This document shows, piece after piece, positions 43,799 through 54,141 of a stretch of DNA of 64,000 nt; positions within the stretch are counted from its first letter, which is position 1; every line of letters begins with the position of its first letter. The stretch is from positions 11,110-75,109 of the forward strand of contig JBCCEA010000020.1 in NCBI GenBank assembly GCA_039030515.1. Reading direction: 5' to 3'. The DNA comes from Myxococcota bacterium. Its GTDB lineage: Bacteria; Myxococcota_A; Polyangia; Polyangiales; Houyiibacteriaceae. A model generated the notes under the pieces. It was not told where the DNA came from. It ran no database searches and saw nothing but the letters and a program-made list of their open reading frames with translations. A program made the position numbers and the translations under genes.

Positions 43799-45885
43799 CA
43801 GTGCCCTCCAATCTCTCGAAAGAGCATGGAAAAGAGACCGAGTAAATTCATCGAATCATGCAAAAACACGTGCACCCCCGACCCGTCCCAAGAGTTGGGA
43901 TGCCGTCCTGCGCAAAGCACCCTTGCGGCTCCCTCAGTTCGAAGTGCTTTGGCAAACACACTTCCGATTTCAGCAAGCCATTCCTCGGAGGCGGAGAGCA
44001 CTGCGATATCTGCTTCACTGCCCCTGAACGCGTCGATCATCAAACCACATTCAGCCTGCAGTTCACCGTCTGAGGGCACCTGAAATGGAGTTCCGTGAGC
44101 TTCATGAAGTGCAAACTCGAATCCGGCGGCCTGCAAGAGATTCTGCACCCACATCGTCAATTTCTGATGCTCAAGCGGAACCCCGAGCGTTACAAGAAAT
44201 GCCTTGGGACGTCTTCCATGGGTGACGAGCCTACGATTGCTTAGGTTCCTCAGCCGCTCCCAGGGCTGTGCAAGTCGAAGCGGAGGAATCGGTTCAATGT
44301 GCAGCGAGGGTTGTCCATCTCGCATCAGATTCAGCAACGCCAGTAGATCAACCCCTTCATGGGTGGCCAACGCGGCGGTGCGCATCGGCAACGCGGGGTC
44401 CGTTTCGGATTCAGGAACGCCCAGGTCAGAAGCGAGGCTTGAGGCAAAGGACCGAAGTGAATCAAAGCGGCGCTGAGCATCCACGTCAGCCGATTCCCGT
44501 CCGAGCTGACCTTCCACGTCACGCAACTTGGGTTCCGGACGGATTAATTTTTTCTCCGTTAGATTCGGAAAATCCGTAACTCCGATGAGCGCACGGGCAC
44601 GCCTTGCAACCAGAGTGCGGAGCTTGAGTGCGGAAGCCCGAACGGAGGCCTGGGGAATTCCCTTACGCAAGGCAGACTCCATGCCGCCGACACGTTCGAT
44701 CTGCTGCATTTCTTCCCAGGCCCGCCTCGCGAGTGCGTCGGTCAGGTGCTCCACGTACCAGCTCCCTCCGGCGGGATCCAAGACCTCGTGTAGATGGCTC
44801 TCTTCTCGCAGCACCAGCTGTGTGTTTCGAGCGATTCTTCTTCCCATCGAGTCACTCGGCCCGACCGAGGCATCGAATCCATCGACTCCAATGCTGTTGG
44901 CCCCGCCGATGACGGCTGCAAAGGTCTGTGTCGTAGCCCGAAGGATATTGACCCAAGGATCGATTTGCGTATTCGATCGACCGGACGTGCGGGCGTGGAT
45001 GCGCATAGGGCGATCATGCACTCCGAAGGCATGAAGCAACTTGGCCCAGAGCAAACGCGCCGCCCTCAACTTGGCAACCTCTTCAAAAATATCGTCTTCA
45101 ACCGCAAAGACAAAGAGAATCTGCTCAGAAGCCGAGCTGGGGTCGAAACCTGCTTCGATCAGCTCTCGAAGATACGCAAGCCCTGTGGCCAGCGCCCATC
45201 CGAGTTCGTGAACCGACGACGCTCCTCCTTCGTGATAGGGCACGGTGGACACGTGAAGCGCGCGCATCGCTGGTGTTTCCTGAGCGGACCAGGCAGCGAT
45301 CCTGCGCAGCGAGGCCCAAGCTCCCGTCGCCCCGCTCGGAAAGGTACCCGTTCGCGCCCAAGCTCCGAGCGGATCGCATCCCCAAGAACCTGTGAGCGAA
45401 GCAAGTGCGACGCCGCGATCCTGAACGACGGAAGCGACCGCAGCGGCAACCACGAAGTCGTCCATTTCAGCTTCAAAGGCGACAGGCGTCTTATCTAAAT
45501 CGACCTCGAGGAGGAGGCGATCCAAATCCCCTCTGGAGAGCACTCGAACGCCGTGATCGATTCCCAGCTCCAACCAAATCGCATCAACGCCAGCGGCTAA
45601 GTCTTCTTTGAGCTCGCCAGCAACCACCTCAAGATCTGGATGCCGGTAGTGTTGATGCACTCGCCAACCTTGACGCGACGAACGATCCGAGTCGCCGACC
45701 AGGGGAGCACACGTCAGATGCCCCAGGGAGGCCTCAACCGGGTGTGTGCTTTGAGTGTAGATCGAATCCGTGGCGACTCCCGACGGGGTCTCGCCTGGCA
45801 ACCGCCCCCTGAGCTCTTTTTCGAGCCGCGCCCGAAAGGCCTGCAGCGCTTGCTCCAACTCAGGTGCTGCTTCCTTCGTATCCAA
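43798..45885 (-). CDS. mutA: Methylmalonyl-CoA mutase small (non-catalytic) subunit
   Basis: [47 protein letters not shown]; lacks DxHxxG. Confidence 0.88.
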   Translation of the reverse strand: MDTKEAAPELEQALQAFRARLEKELRGRLPGETPSGVATDSIYTQSTHPVEASLGHLTCAPLVGDSDRSSRQGWRVHQHYRHPDLEVVAGELKEDLAAGVDAIWLELGIDHGVRVLSRGDLDRLLLEVDLDKTPVAFEAEMDDFVVAAAVASVVQDRGVALASLTGSWGCDPLGAWARTGTFPSGATGAWASLRRIAAWSAQETPAMRALHVSTVPYHEGGASSVHELGWALATGLAYLRELIEAGFDPSSASEQILFVFAVEDDIFEEVAKLRAARLLWAKLLHAFGVHDRPMRIHARTSGRSNTQIDPWVNILRATTQTFAAVIGGANSIGVDGFDASVGPSDSMGRRIARNTQLVLREESHLHEVLDPAGGSWYVEHLTDALARRAWEEMQQIERVGGMESALRKGIPQASVRASALKLRTLVARRARALIGVTDFPNLTEKKLIRPEPKLRDVEGQLGRESADVDAQRRFDSLRSFASSLASDLGVPESETDPALPMRTAALATHEGVDLLALLNLMRDGQPSLHIEPIPPLRLAQPWERLRNLSNRRLVTHGRRPKAFLVTLGVPLEHQKLTMWVQNLLQAAGFEFALHEAHGTPFQVPSDGELQAECGLMIDAFRGSEADIAVLSASEEWLAEIGSVFAKALRTEGAARVLCAGRHPNSWDGSGVHVFLHDSMNLLGLFSMLFREIGGH

Positions 45886-46073
45886 TAGAACTCCCCCGTC
45901 GCTTACGAAACGTCTCGCCCGACGCTAGCCGCGGATAAGGTGATAAACCAGGCCTCTGAGGACCGCAACGCGTGAATCCGCTCCGTTGGATCAAACCAGC
46001 ATTGCTGCCTCAGTGACGGGGATCTCTGTACCGTTGTCGCTGCCGGCCTTTTTGGCTTACGTACCGACAGCTC

Positions 46074-47447
46074 CTAGGGAACATTGGGCGAAAAGACGGC
46101 GGCGCTGCTTCGACCTTCGTTGAGTTGGCGGAGCTCGGTTTCGGAAAACGCATCGGGAGTCGAAGGGGGCAGCACCCGACGAATGAATCGGATGACGATC
46201 TCACGGGCTCGGTTTCCGTGGTCATCTTCCGCGCAACCATCCCAAATCTCGAAAAGACGGCGGCGACGGCGCGACGCATCCTCATCACCCCTCCAGATCT
46301 CGCGCAAACGTGCTCTGAGTCGTTCGAGACCTCGCTCTTGCTCCCGTGCCCGATAAGCTTCAGCCAAGCGATCCCGTACGGATTCGGTTTCACGCATGAA
46401 CCATCCGCGCTCCGCTTGATGTGGATCCATTCCAGCGGCCCGCATCACCGCACTATTCAAGTCGAACCGAAACCCAGTGCCCGCCGGCGCATCTTCTTGC
46501 GGTGCTTGGTACGACTCGGCGTGGAGGGCATCCGAAGCAAGCGCTTCTCGCTCGTCCTGCGACCAGGAGAAATCCGCGCGGCGATCGCTAAACACGACGC
46601 GACCATCCGGCAAAATACGTGCCGAAAATACCGAGCCATCAAAGCGGTACCCTCCATCACGAGTGCGTCGTAACCTCGGCGGAGGGCGCTTTGAAAGATG
46701 TCGCGGCGCGGTCGTACTGAGCTCTGCGTTGAGGCGGGCCGCCATCGCTGCCTCTCGTTCCTCGTCAGTCTCCGGTCCATCGACCGCACCGAGTGCTCCA
46801 CTTTGGAGTGCCAGTTTCGCCACGCTTCGCGGATCAAATGAGATTGGACCACTGCCGTTAGCGGAGCGCGTCGGCGACGTGCCTGCTTGTGTAGCCTCTC
46901 TGGTCTGATGTTCGCTCTGCCGTACTCCAGCGGGGTCAAGAGGCTCTTTCGAGGGCAGTCGAGAGCGATCCTGCAGCGCTGACTCTTGCAGCGCTGACTC
47001 TTGCAGACCGGACGGTGCAGTATCGACTGCGAGAGACTGCTCCAGACTCCCAGGGACCAAAGGAGCAACGCCTCTATCACGAGCCAACCGAACTTCGCGG
47101 GAGGACCTGCTGCCTCTAGCGGACGCGATCGGGGCAGGTGCAGACGGGCTGACGGTTGAGGGCTCCGTGTTCTCCGTGCGCGGCTCAGGCGCCGCGGTTT
47201 CCTCGGCAAGCGCAACGGTGGAGGGGCGCTGCGGCGAGGAAACGACGACGAATTCGACCTGAACCGAGTCCTGCAATGGGGTCTGAGACGTCCGATGAAC
47301 CCCAAAGGAGCCTGCTGTAAGCACCAGTCCTCCATGCGCCACCAGCGATGCCAATAACGCCCAGGTCAAAGGCCACCGATGCAACCTGTTCCTCCGTGCC
47401 CGAAGCGAGGCTGGCTCGTTTTTCTTTTGAGTGGATCTCAGGCGCAT
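46074..47447 (-). CDS. Hypothetical membrane-anchored protein (TonB-like N-terminal anchor, myxobacterial C-terminal domain)
   Basis: TM with S..AH; low-complexity linker; C-terminal RRRRLFEIWD.CAE...FIRR.LP...AFS..EL..LN. Confidence 0.65.
   Translation of the reverse strand: MRLRSTQKKNEPASLRARRNRLHRWPLTWALLASLVAHGGLVLTAGSFGVHRTSQTPLQDSVQVEFVVVSSPQRPSTVALAEETAAPEPRTENTEPSTVSPSAPAPIASARGSRSSREVRLARDRGVAPLVPGSLEQSLAVDTAPSGLQESALQESALQDRSRLPSKEPLDPAGVRQSEHQTREATQAGTSPTRSANGSGPISFDPRSVAKLALQSGALGAVDGPETDEEREAAMAARLNAELSTTAPRHLSKRPPPRLRRTRDGGYRFDGSVFSARILPDGRVVFSDRRADFSWSQDEREALASDALHAESYQAPQEDAPAGTGFRFDLNSAVMRAAGMDPHQAERGWFMRETESVRDRLAEAYRAREQERGLERLRARLREIWRGDEDASRRRRRLFEIWDGCAEDDHGNRAREIVIRFIRRVLPPSTPDAFSETELRQLNEGRSSAAVFSPNVP
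46972..47006. repeat. 15-bp in-frame tandem duplication (LQESA x2)
   Basis: TGCAGCGCTGACTCT twice plus a partial third unit. Confidence 0.85.
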
Positions 47448-47741
47448 CGAGAGAAGAAACTCCTTAACACCGATCGGCTAGGTCGACGCGACTATTCACT
47501 CCCGCCTGGAAAGTCGGCTGCAAAGAAGCGTCAGAGAGCCAGAGAGACCACCGCAACTCGAGAGCAGGCATCTGTCATGCACCTAACGACCAGGTCCTCG
47601 GTAACGACCGCTTTCACGAAGGCGGTTTTCGTGGCATGAACTGTAATGTCGTCTCCGTTGGTTCGTCCGGCCGGCATCGGCTCCAGAGCGCCAAAACATC
47701 GCCTGAGCGAAAGGGCCCTGAGTGTACGAGAGCGGGGGGTG

Positions 47742-48242
47742 ATGCTCTACGCTGCTGTGGGTGTGAGCGCAATCTTGATTCAGGCGATCGCTCGGCTCGC
47801 TCCCCTAGCCTTGGAACCTTGGGTGAGCGGATCGATGGATTCTGTTCAAATCGCGATCTATCTCGGATGGGTGGGACTGAATGCCTACGCGGAGGGGTAT
47901 CGAGCCTTTCAGCTCCGATGGGCACCTCGAGTCGTCCAGCGCGCTTATTACGTTGGACGCCATGGATCCACTCTGGAAGCCGTTCTTGCTCCGATATACA
48001 GCATGGGTCTATTCGGGGGTTCTCGTCGATCCATGCTCGTGTCCTGGACGTTGCTTTTGTGCGTCGCACTCGCGGTTCTGGTGGTGCGCCAATTTCCACA
48101 ACCTTGGCGCGGCATTGTTGATGGAGGCGTCGTGGTGGCGCTTTGCTGGGGTCTTATTGCACTCTGGAGGAATGTCGCCCGTTGGTGGAATGGATACGCC
48201 CCGATACCAGCCGATTTGAGCTCGCAGGCTCACGGAATTTGA
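47742..48242 (+). CDS. Hypothetical integral membrane protein
   Basis: About four TM segments; AYAEGYRAFQ..W.PRVV.RA, LAP.YSMGLF, QPWRGIVD.GVV.AL.WG. Confidence 0.75.
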   Translation: MLYAAVGVSAILIQAIARLAPLALEPWVSGSMDSVQIAIYLGWVGLNAYAEGYRAFQLRWAPRVVQRAYYVGRHGSTLEAVLAPIYSMGLFGGSRRSMLVSWTLLLCVALAVLVVRQFPQPWRGIVDGGVVVALCWGLIALWRNVARWWNGYAPIPADLSSQAHGI

Positions 48243-51200
48243 GCGAGATTTCCCTCAAATTGCAGCGCGCGCCAACCCATCGGCGCAGCCTGTTCCGCAA
48301 AGGGCCCTGCAGGAATGCTCGGAACCTGGTCGGAGCCACCATACTGCTGCCGGCACTCTTATTTTTTTCAGCATGTGGGGCCGCTGGTTCTTTGGAAACG
48401 ATCGCGGCCGTAGAGCCACGCGAATCTGGCGAAGACAGGCGGATCGAACCCAGACCATCCACCTGTCCGGAAACCGCTCAGGCCAGGGATCCCTTGCCTG
48501 GGGTTACCGCAGAGCAAACCACGCTTGCCTATTGGCTTGCGAGGTCACGCACGTATGGATCCATTGATCGACCACTGCTCTCCGTTTCAGAAATTCACGA
48601 TCACCAGCAAGCGATCGGCTTAGATCATCCAAACAATCCAAGTGGAGAAGCGAAACTCCTCGAGCCTTTGGACCGAAGGACCTTGGCATTGCAGATCCGA
48701 GGTCGCATCGATCACGTGCTCGCACGTTTCGAGGAGGGAGCGTACCAAACGCGAGGAAACGGCCCGCTTTCTGAGCAGGAGAGAACCATCCTTGACCGAG
48801 CGCGAGAAATAGGTGACGAGGCGTCTTCATTTCACGTGGCGCTCGATGACGTGCAAATCCGATGCACGCCACTTGTCGGCACCTACGTACGGGCCACCGG
48901 CAAAGATCCCCGCCACAACCGAAACAACTGCAGCCGAGTAAGTAGCCAAGAGGTGCTCCAGGTGCTCTCTGCAGCCGCGCCTGGTGCTCTTCTCGTCCGC
49001 ACTCGTTATTCGCTGGGATGGATTGATGCAAGCGCCCGTCTTTCAGCGGCACTAAGCGAGGCCCAAGCGACCGCGTGGGTCCGAGGACCTAAGGCGACTG
49101 CGCACACCGCTCAGACGATTGAAGGTCAGTTCATTCCACAAAACACCCGGTTGCCCTACGTGCTCGACACCTCGGGCGATTCCACGCCCTCAGCTTCGGA
49201 GCGCGAGGCGCCCACATCGGTGTATGTAGGCACGGAACACGACATCCGCGTAGCACAAGCCGACAACTTCTCGCCGACCGACCGACCTCTGACACGTCGC
49301 GCCGTCCTCACAGAGGCATTTTCCATGCTCGGCAGGCCGTATGGTTGGGGAGGACAGGACGGAGGCGTCGACTGCTCTCGTTTTGTACTCGAGATATTCG
49401 AACGCTTCGGACTGGAGCTGCCTCGAGTCAGCGCAATGCAGGCACGGGCCGGTTCCTATTCGATCGATGTGAGCGCGATCGATAGCGATCGGGAAAAGAT
49501 GGTGTTCCTCGATGCAGCGGCCCGCAGAGGGATCGTGCTCTTGCATCTTCCAGGACATATCATGCTCTATCTGGGGCGTACCGAGGAAGGAACGCCTATG
49601 GTTCTTCATTCCTTCGCGGACTTTCAAACGGATTGCCCGGTTTCGGAGACCGGAGGAGCGCGAAGAGATTCGCCTTTGGAAACCGTCCAGCGCGTCGATC
49701 GCGTGGCGGTAAGCACGCTCGATCTCGGCAGAGGGACCAGCAAGAGTTCGCTGCTGGAGCGCGTGCGACGGATCGTGGTACTCGGAGGGCGTCCGGGCAT
49801 TGAACTAAGGGGAGTGACCGAGCTACGTCCTGCCGCCCCGGTTCGGCACCCTTCCCCCGATGCGTGCCATGACTCCCTGCACGCATCGATGTTTCGAAGC
49901 CCCAATCGTCCACATCGCCATAGTCCACTGCGGGTCATCGCGACGATGAGCGAAGATCCTGGCCCCGTCGATCTGGTCCTCTTCGATCCAGACGGGTTAC
50001 AGAGCTCCACCGAAGTGCACTCCTTGGGTGCTCCGCCCTACAGCTACTGGACCGCGGTCGACCGCCCGAAACCTGGGATTTGGACGGCTGTACTTGGAGA
50101 CGGTGAACGGATCGAAGCCTGCGAACGCATTCCGGTATACGCCGCGGCTCCTCCGACCACCGCAGCGCGTGAAGTGCCGTGGACGCCTAGATGGCGATGG
50201 GAGGCAGACACCGAAAACTTCTACGCCGCATTCGTGGAACAGCTGTTTCGCGAACCGGAACAGGGAGAGGTGACCTGGCCCGAACTACAGGTTCTCATCG
50301 ATGATCCAGCACGTAATCTGCTGCATGGACATCTTGGACAAAGCGAAGACGCAGCGCTCCGACTCAGGCCGGACTGCGCAGATTTACCCTACACCTTGCG
50401 GGCCTACTTCGCGTGGAAGACCAGGCTCCCGATGGCGTTCCGCCGATGCAGTCGAGGTCGCGCCGGACGTGCTCCAAGATGCGGTGAACTGGAACACAAC
50501 CTTGCAGATGTGGAACCCGTCCGCGAAGCAGATGCTGGCCGCAATTTCTTTCTCCGAGTTCGCGGTGGCGTTCATTCCGGTACGGCGCGGACCCTCCCAG
50601 ATGACGACGAAACCGACCTCTACCCGGTTGCGCTCGATCGGGAGTCACTCAAACCCGGAACCGTCTTTGCGGATCCTTACGGACATCTGCTGGTCATCGC
50701 TCGATGGATTCCTCAGACGCTCGATCGGTATGGGGTGCTGGTTGCAGCTGATGCTCAGCCGGACGGTACCGTCGGTCGACGCCGATTTTGGCGAGGCTCT
50801 TTTCTCTTCACCCCGTCCACCGAGCATGTCGGCGCGGGATTCAAGGCGTTTCGACCCGTCGTTGTCGACGCATCGACCGAAGTTCGGACTGTCGAAAACA
50901 AAAGGCTCAACGAGCGCTCGGGCTACGTGCCCTTCTCACAAGAACAGTACCGGGGCAGCCGGGATGAGTTCTATCAGCGTATGGAATCGCTCATCAATCC
51001 GCGCCCGCTCGACCCCTACACCGTTCAGCTCGCTCGGCTGGATGCGTTAGAGGAGGCAGTGGCACGGCGTATCCAATCGGTCGAAAATGGCGAGCGATTT
51101 ATGGCCGACCGAAGCTTCAAGCCGATCGAAATGCCCGAAGGCTATGCGCTCTTTGAAACCGATGGCGCATGGGAGGAGTTCTCGACCCCGTCACGAGATA

Positions 51201-51586
51201 TGCGGCTCCTTACCAGTATCGACGCCGTGCAGGGCGTCGCCGAGTGGGTCCGCAATTCGAGAGCGCGATTCGGAGTGCGCCAAGACGAAGTGGAAGAGAC
51301 GATCCGATTCCTGAAGCAGCGTCTAAAGGAACAGCTAGAGCGGCGGTTCTTTGAATATGCGCGGTCCGATGGAAGTCGAAAGCGGCTCACGCTGAGCGAA
51401 CTGGTTCAGCGAGTGAGAGGTTTTGAGGTCGCATACAATCCCAACGACTGCGTCGAGCTCCGATGGGCTGCCTCAATTGATTCGGAGGAGGGCTCCACCT
51501 GCCTTCGTCATGCTCCCGAAGAGCAGAGGGCACGCATGGAGTCCTATCGGTCTTGGTTCGAAGCGCGTCAGAGACCGCCACGTTAG
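48239..51586 (+). CDS. Large NlpC/P60 (SH3-associated) cell-wall peptidase fused to a second uncharacterised domain; lipoprotein
   Basis: Lipobox FSAC; PYGWGG....DCSRF, LPR.S..Q, PGHIMLYLG, VLHS; C-terminal DCADLPY.LRAYFAWK...GH; TTG overlapping the upstream TGA chosen as start. Confidence 0.8.
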   Translation: MSEISLKLQRAPTHRRSLFRKGPCRNARNLVGATILLPALLFFSACGAAGSLETIAAVEPRESGEDRRIEPRPSTCPETAQARDPLPGVTAEQTTLAYWLARSRTYGSIDRPLLSVSEIHDHQQAIGLDHPNNPSGEAKLLEPLDRRTLALQIRGRIDHVLARFEEGAYQTRGNGPLSEQERTILDRAREIGDEASSFHVALDDVQIRCTPLVGTYVRATGKDPRHNRNNCSRVSSQEVLQVLSAAAPGALLVRTRYSLGWIDASARLSAALSEAQATAWVRGPKATAHTAQTIEGQFIPQNTRLPYVLDTSGDSTPSASEREAPTSVYVGTEHDIRVAQADNFSPTDRPLTRRAVLTEAFSMLGRPYGWGGQDGGVDCSRFVLEIFERFGLELPRVSAMQARAGSYSIDVSAIDSDREKMVFLDAAARRGIVLLHLPGHIMLYLGRTEEGTPMVLHSFADFQTDCPVSETGGARRDSPLETVQRVDRVAVSTLDLGRGTSKSSLLERVRRIVVLGGRPGIELRGVTELRPAAPVRHPSPDACHDSLHASMFRSPNRPHRHSPLRVIATMSEDPGPVDLVLFDPDGLQSSTEVHSLGAPPYSYWTAVDRPKPGIWTAVLGDGERIEACERIPVYAAAPPTTAAREVPWTPRWRWEADTENFYAAFVEQLFREPEQGEVTWPELQVLIDDPARNLLHGHLGQSEDAALRLRPDCADLPYTLRAYFAWKTRLPMAFRRCSRGRAGRAPRCGELEHNLADVEPVREADAGRNFFLRVRGGVHSGTARTLPDDDETDLYPVALDRESLKPGTVFADPYGHLLVIARWIPQTLDRYGVLVAADAQPDGTVGRRRFWRGSFLFTPSTEHVGAGFKAFRPVVVDASTEVRTVENKRLNERSGYVPFSQEQYRGSRDEFYQRMESLINPRPLDPYTVQLARLDALEEAVARRIQSVENGERFMADRSFKPIEMPEGYALFETDGAWEEFSTPSRDMRLLTSIDAVQGVAEWVRNSRARFGVRQDEVEETIRFLKQRLKEQLERRFFEYARSDGSRKRLTLSELVQRVRGFEVAYNPNDCVELRWAASIDSEEGSTCLRHAPEEQRARMESYRSWFEARQRPPR

Positions 51587-51606
51587 ATACGCACCTCGAA
51601 CTTCCG

Positions 51607-52932
51607 TTAACCCGCTTTTTTTCGCGCTTCTTGGCTTGCGCTGGAGACGATTTCCGCTGCTACCTTCAGCGATGCCTTGCCCACAAACTCGATGCCGACC
51701 CGCCGACGCGACGGATCGACGTTACGCACTACCCCTCGAAGCTCAGGCGTCCCCTCGAATAAATCGAACCTCAACTTGACGGCTTCATCGAGCTCCAACT
51801 CGATATCGCCAACCTGCAAACCTATCCCTCCTCCGCTGATATCCTCCGCGAGAACGGGGGTATCGCCTGACTCACGTCGAAGCGTCACCTTCCAGTCGAC
51901 ACTCAGTCGGTCGTGTCTGCGAAGGTAGTGAGTCAGCTCTGCCGGCAACTGTGGAGACGAAGAACGCCGTTTCCGGCGAACCTGATCGTTGCTCGCGGGA
52001 GGAATCGTGCGTCGCCTCGCAGAGCGCAACTCGTCGACGTCCAGTTCGAAAACCTTTTCGACCAAACTATGAAAGAGCTCGGCGTCGGGATCCTGCAGGC
52101 TGGCATCGAGGAGAAATGGCCTTCTACGGGTGACCGAACGGTGCACCTTAGGATTGGTGGTCATCGCCCCCCAAACGCTGAGTTCGCCCCAAAGAAAATC
52201 ACTTACCATTCGTGACAGGGCGTGCAGGACGTTGATCTGCCCCTGGTGTTCAAGCTGATTGCCTACAACGCTCGCGCTGAAACCCTTGACCACCCGGGTT
52301 AGCGCCGCAGAAAAATCAGGGTCTTCCCTGGCAACTCCGGCAACCAGTTCCGCCACCCTTTCCGTCTCTCGTCCGGTCGACGCTCCCTTAAGGATGTCCA
52401 CCTCCTCGGAGTTGAGTGCGGTTTGACGCAGTGCCCGATACACCGCGCTTTTTTGAAACGCATAGGCGTTTTGCAGTGAGGTCAGCTGGGGTGTCACGAC
52501 CAGCACCCGATGATCCGCAGCAACGAAGAAGTCCACGGTATTGAACGCCACGCCCGCACCGCAGTCGAGGATGATCAGATCCGCATCGAGATTCTTAAAG
52601 TGTCGGATCAGCTTCTGCTTCTGCGCGTGAGGAAGGTTGGCCGCTCCGGGAACAGCACCCGCACCGGGGACGAGAAAGAGTCGAGGGACTCCGGTAGGGA
52701 TCACCGCTTCCTCGAGACTCTTGATCTGCTTTTCAAGCAGTGCCTGCAAGGTGATGCCTGGACGATCGATCCCGAAAAGCGTGTGCTGGTTGGCTGCTCC
52801 CAAATCTACGTCAACGAGTACCGTGCGAAAGCCAGACTTCGCTGCGGCGATGGCCATGTTCGAAGCCACGACACTCTTTCCGACTCCGCCCTTACCTCCG
52901 CCAACGGCAACGATCGCTTTCGAGTTTGCCAA
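51607..52932 (-). CDS. MinD/FlhG-family ATPase with C-terminal PilZ domain
   Basis: Deviant Walker A GKGGVGKS, D.DLG.AN, DCGAG; PilZ RRHDR and DISGGG, GIEF. Confidence 0.87.
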   Translation of the reverse strand: MANSKAIVAVGGGKGGVGKSVVASNMAIAAAKSGFRTVLVDVDLGAANQHTLFGIDRPGITLQALLEKQIKSLEEAVIPTGVPRLFLVPGAGAVPGAANLPHAQKQKLIRHFKNLDADLIILDCGAGVAFNTVDFFVAADHRVLVVTPQLTSLQNAYAFQKSAVYRALRQTALNSEEVDILKGASTGRETERVAELVAGVAREDPDFSAALTRVVKGFSASVVGNQLEHQGQINVLHALSRMVSDFLWGELSVWGAMTTNPKVHRSVTRRRPFLLDASLQDPDAELFHSLVEKVFELDVDELRSARRRTIPPASNDQVRRKRRSSSPQLPAELTHYLRRHDRLSVDWKVTLRRESGDTPVLAEDISGGGIGLQVGDIELELDEAVKLRFDLFEGTPELRGVVRNVDPSRRRVGIEFVGKASLKVAAEIVSSASQEARKKAG

Positions 52933-53209
52933 TCTCAGTTCCTCGCATACCGTTACTTTACAGACCCCCCTTGTTCAGAGCGGCCATGAGCCCCGAGACG
53001 CAGGCGCCAGCGTGCATGAGGTACGCTAAAGCAACAGGCGTCTGAGGCGCGCGGGCGATCTGGGGCAAGAAAGGTGTATTGATGGGAACGGCGGCTCGGC
53101 TGGATTCTTTACGTCGATCTTGACGCGCAGTGGCGTAACTTATCTATTGGCAAGTGCAGCTACCCTACGGTCCGACCCGATTTAGTTCGGTTTTGAGAAA
53201 TTCGTTTCT

Positions 53210-54133
53210 ATGCTGATACCCAAATTTTGCCCAAAACCAGAACATCGACCGCTGCTCAGTGGAGGTGTCCTGCACGACGCAGATCAACTCACTATCCGCT
53301 GGCTCGGCACAGCGGGCCATATCGTCTCCAGCTCGTCGACGACGGTGCTCATCGACCCGTTCTTGAGTCGACCAGGACTGCTTCGAACAGCCTTTAGCAA
53401 ACTCATTCCACAGACAGAGCTGTACGAAGGCTGGCTTCCAGACCGAGTCGACGCAGTGCTGGTTGGACACTCTCATTACGATCACCTGATGGACGCCCCA
53501 TCGATCGCCTACCAAAAGCAGTGTCCGATCATGGGAAGCGCGACATCGATGTGTTTCGCACAAAGCGCTGGAGTTCCTCCCGAGCACCAGATTGAGGTTC
53601 CTGCTTCAGGCTTAACGCGTCGGATCGGGGACATTGAGGTGCGTTTCGTCCCCAGTCTCCATGCCAAGTTGCTCGCTGGGACGGTTCCGTTTGACGGGGA
53701 ACGCTCCACTCCAGCGCCCGCTCGCCCTCGCATCTATCACTACCGCATGGGGGGCGCCTTCGGCATTCATCTCAAGGTGGGAGGCCGAAGCGTGTATCAC
53801 AACGGAAGCGCTGATCTGGTCGACGCAGAACTTGAGGGAGTTCAGGCGGATATCGCGCTCATCGGTATTGCTGGTAGGTATGCGACCCGAGATTACATCG
53901 AGAGGCTAACGAGTCTACTCGAACCCAAAGTCGTGATCCCCTCTCACTATGATTACTTCTTCGCTCCTTTAGAAGCGGGCATTCGTTTGTTGCCCAGCAT
54001 CGACCTCCCAGGATTTGTTCGGGAGGTGTCTCATCTCAGCCCGGAAGCGGTGATTCGGACTCCGCTATTCGAAGAAGAGCTTGTCGTTCCGCTCGAGGGA
54101 GATCCTCGAGATTCTGGCGTGGTTCCGCTCTAG
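53210..54133 (+). CDS. MBL-fold metallo-hydrolase
   Basis: WLGTAG, IDPF.SR, HSHYDH..D, SLH, IPSHYD. Confidence 0.9.
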   Translation: MLIPKFCPKPEHRPLLSGGVLHDADQLTIRWLGTAGHIVSSSSTTVLIDPFLSRPGLLRTAFSKLIPQTELYEGWLPDRVDAVLVGHSHYDHLMDAPSIAYQKQCPIMGSATSMCFAQSAGVPPEHQIEVPASGLTRRIGDIEVRFVPSLHAKLLAGTVPFDGERSTPAPARPRIYHYRMGGAFGIHLKVGGRSVYHNGSADLVDAELEGVQADIALIGIAGRYATRDYIERLTSLLEPKVVIPSHYDYFFAPLEAGIRLLPSIDLPGFVREVSHLSPEAVIRTPLFEEELVVPLEGDPRDSGVVPL

Positions 54134-54141
54134 ACTCCATC

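Noticed and set aside
45886..46073. Cobalamin riboswitch upstream of the mutase operon or the Btu-like transporter
   Set aside because: I could not identify the conserved B12-box elements by eye; an Infernal scan would be needed
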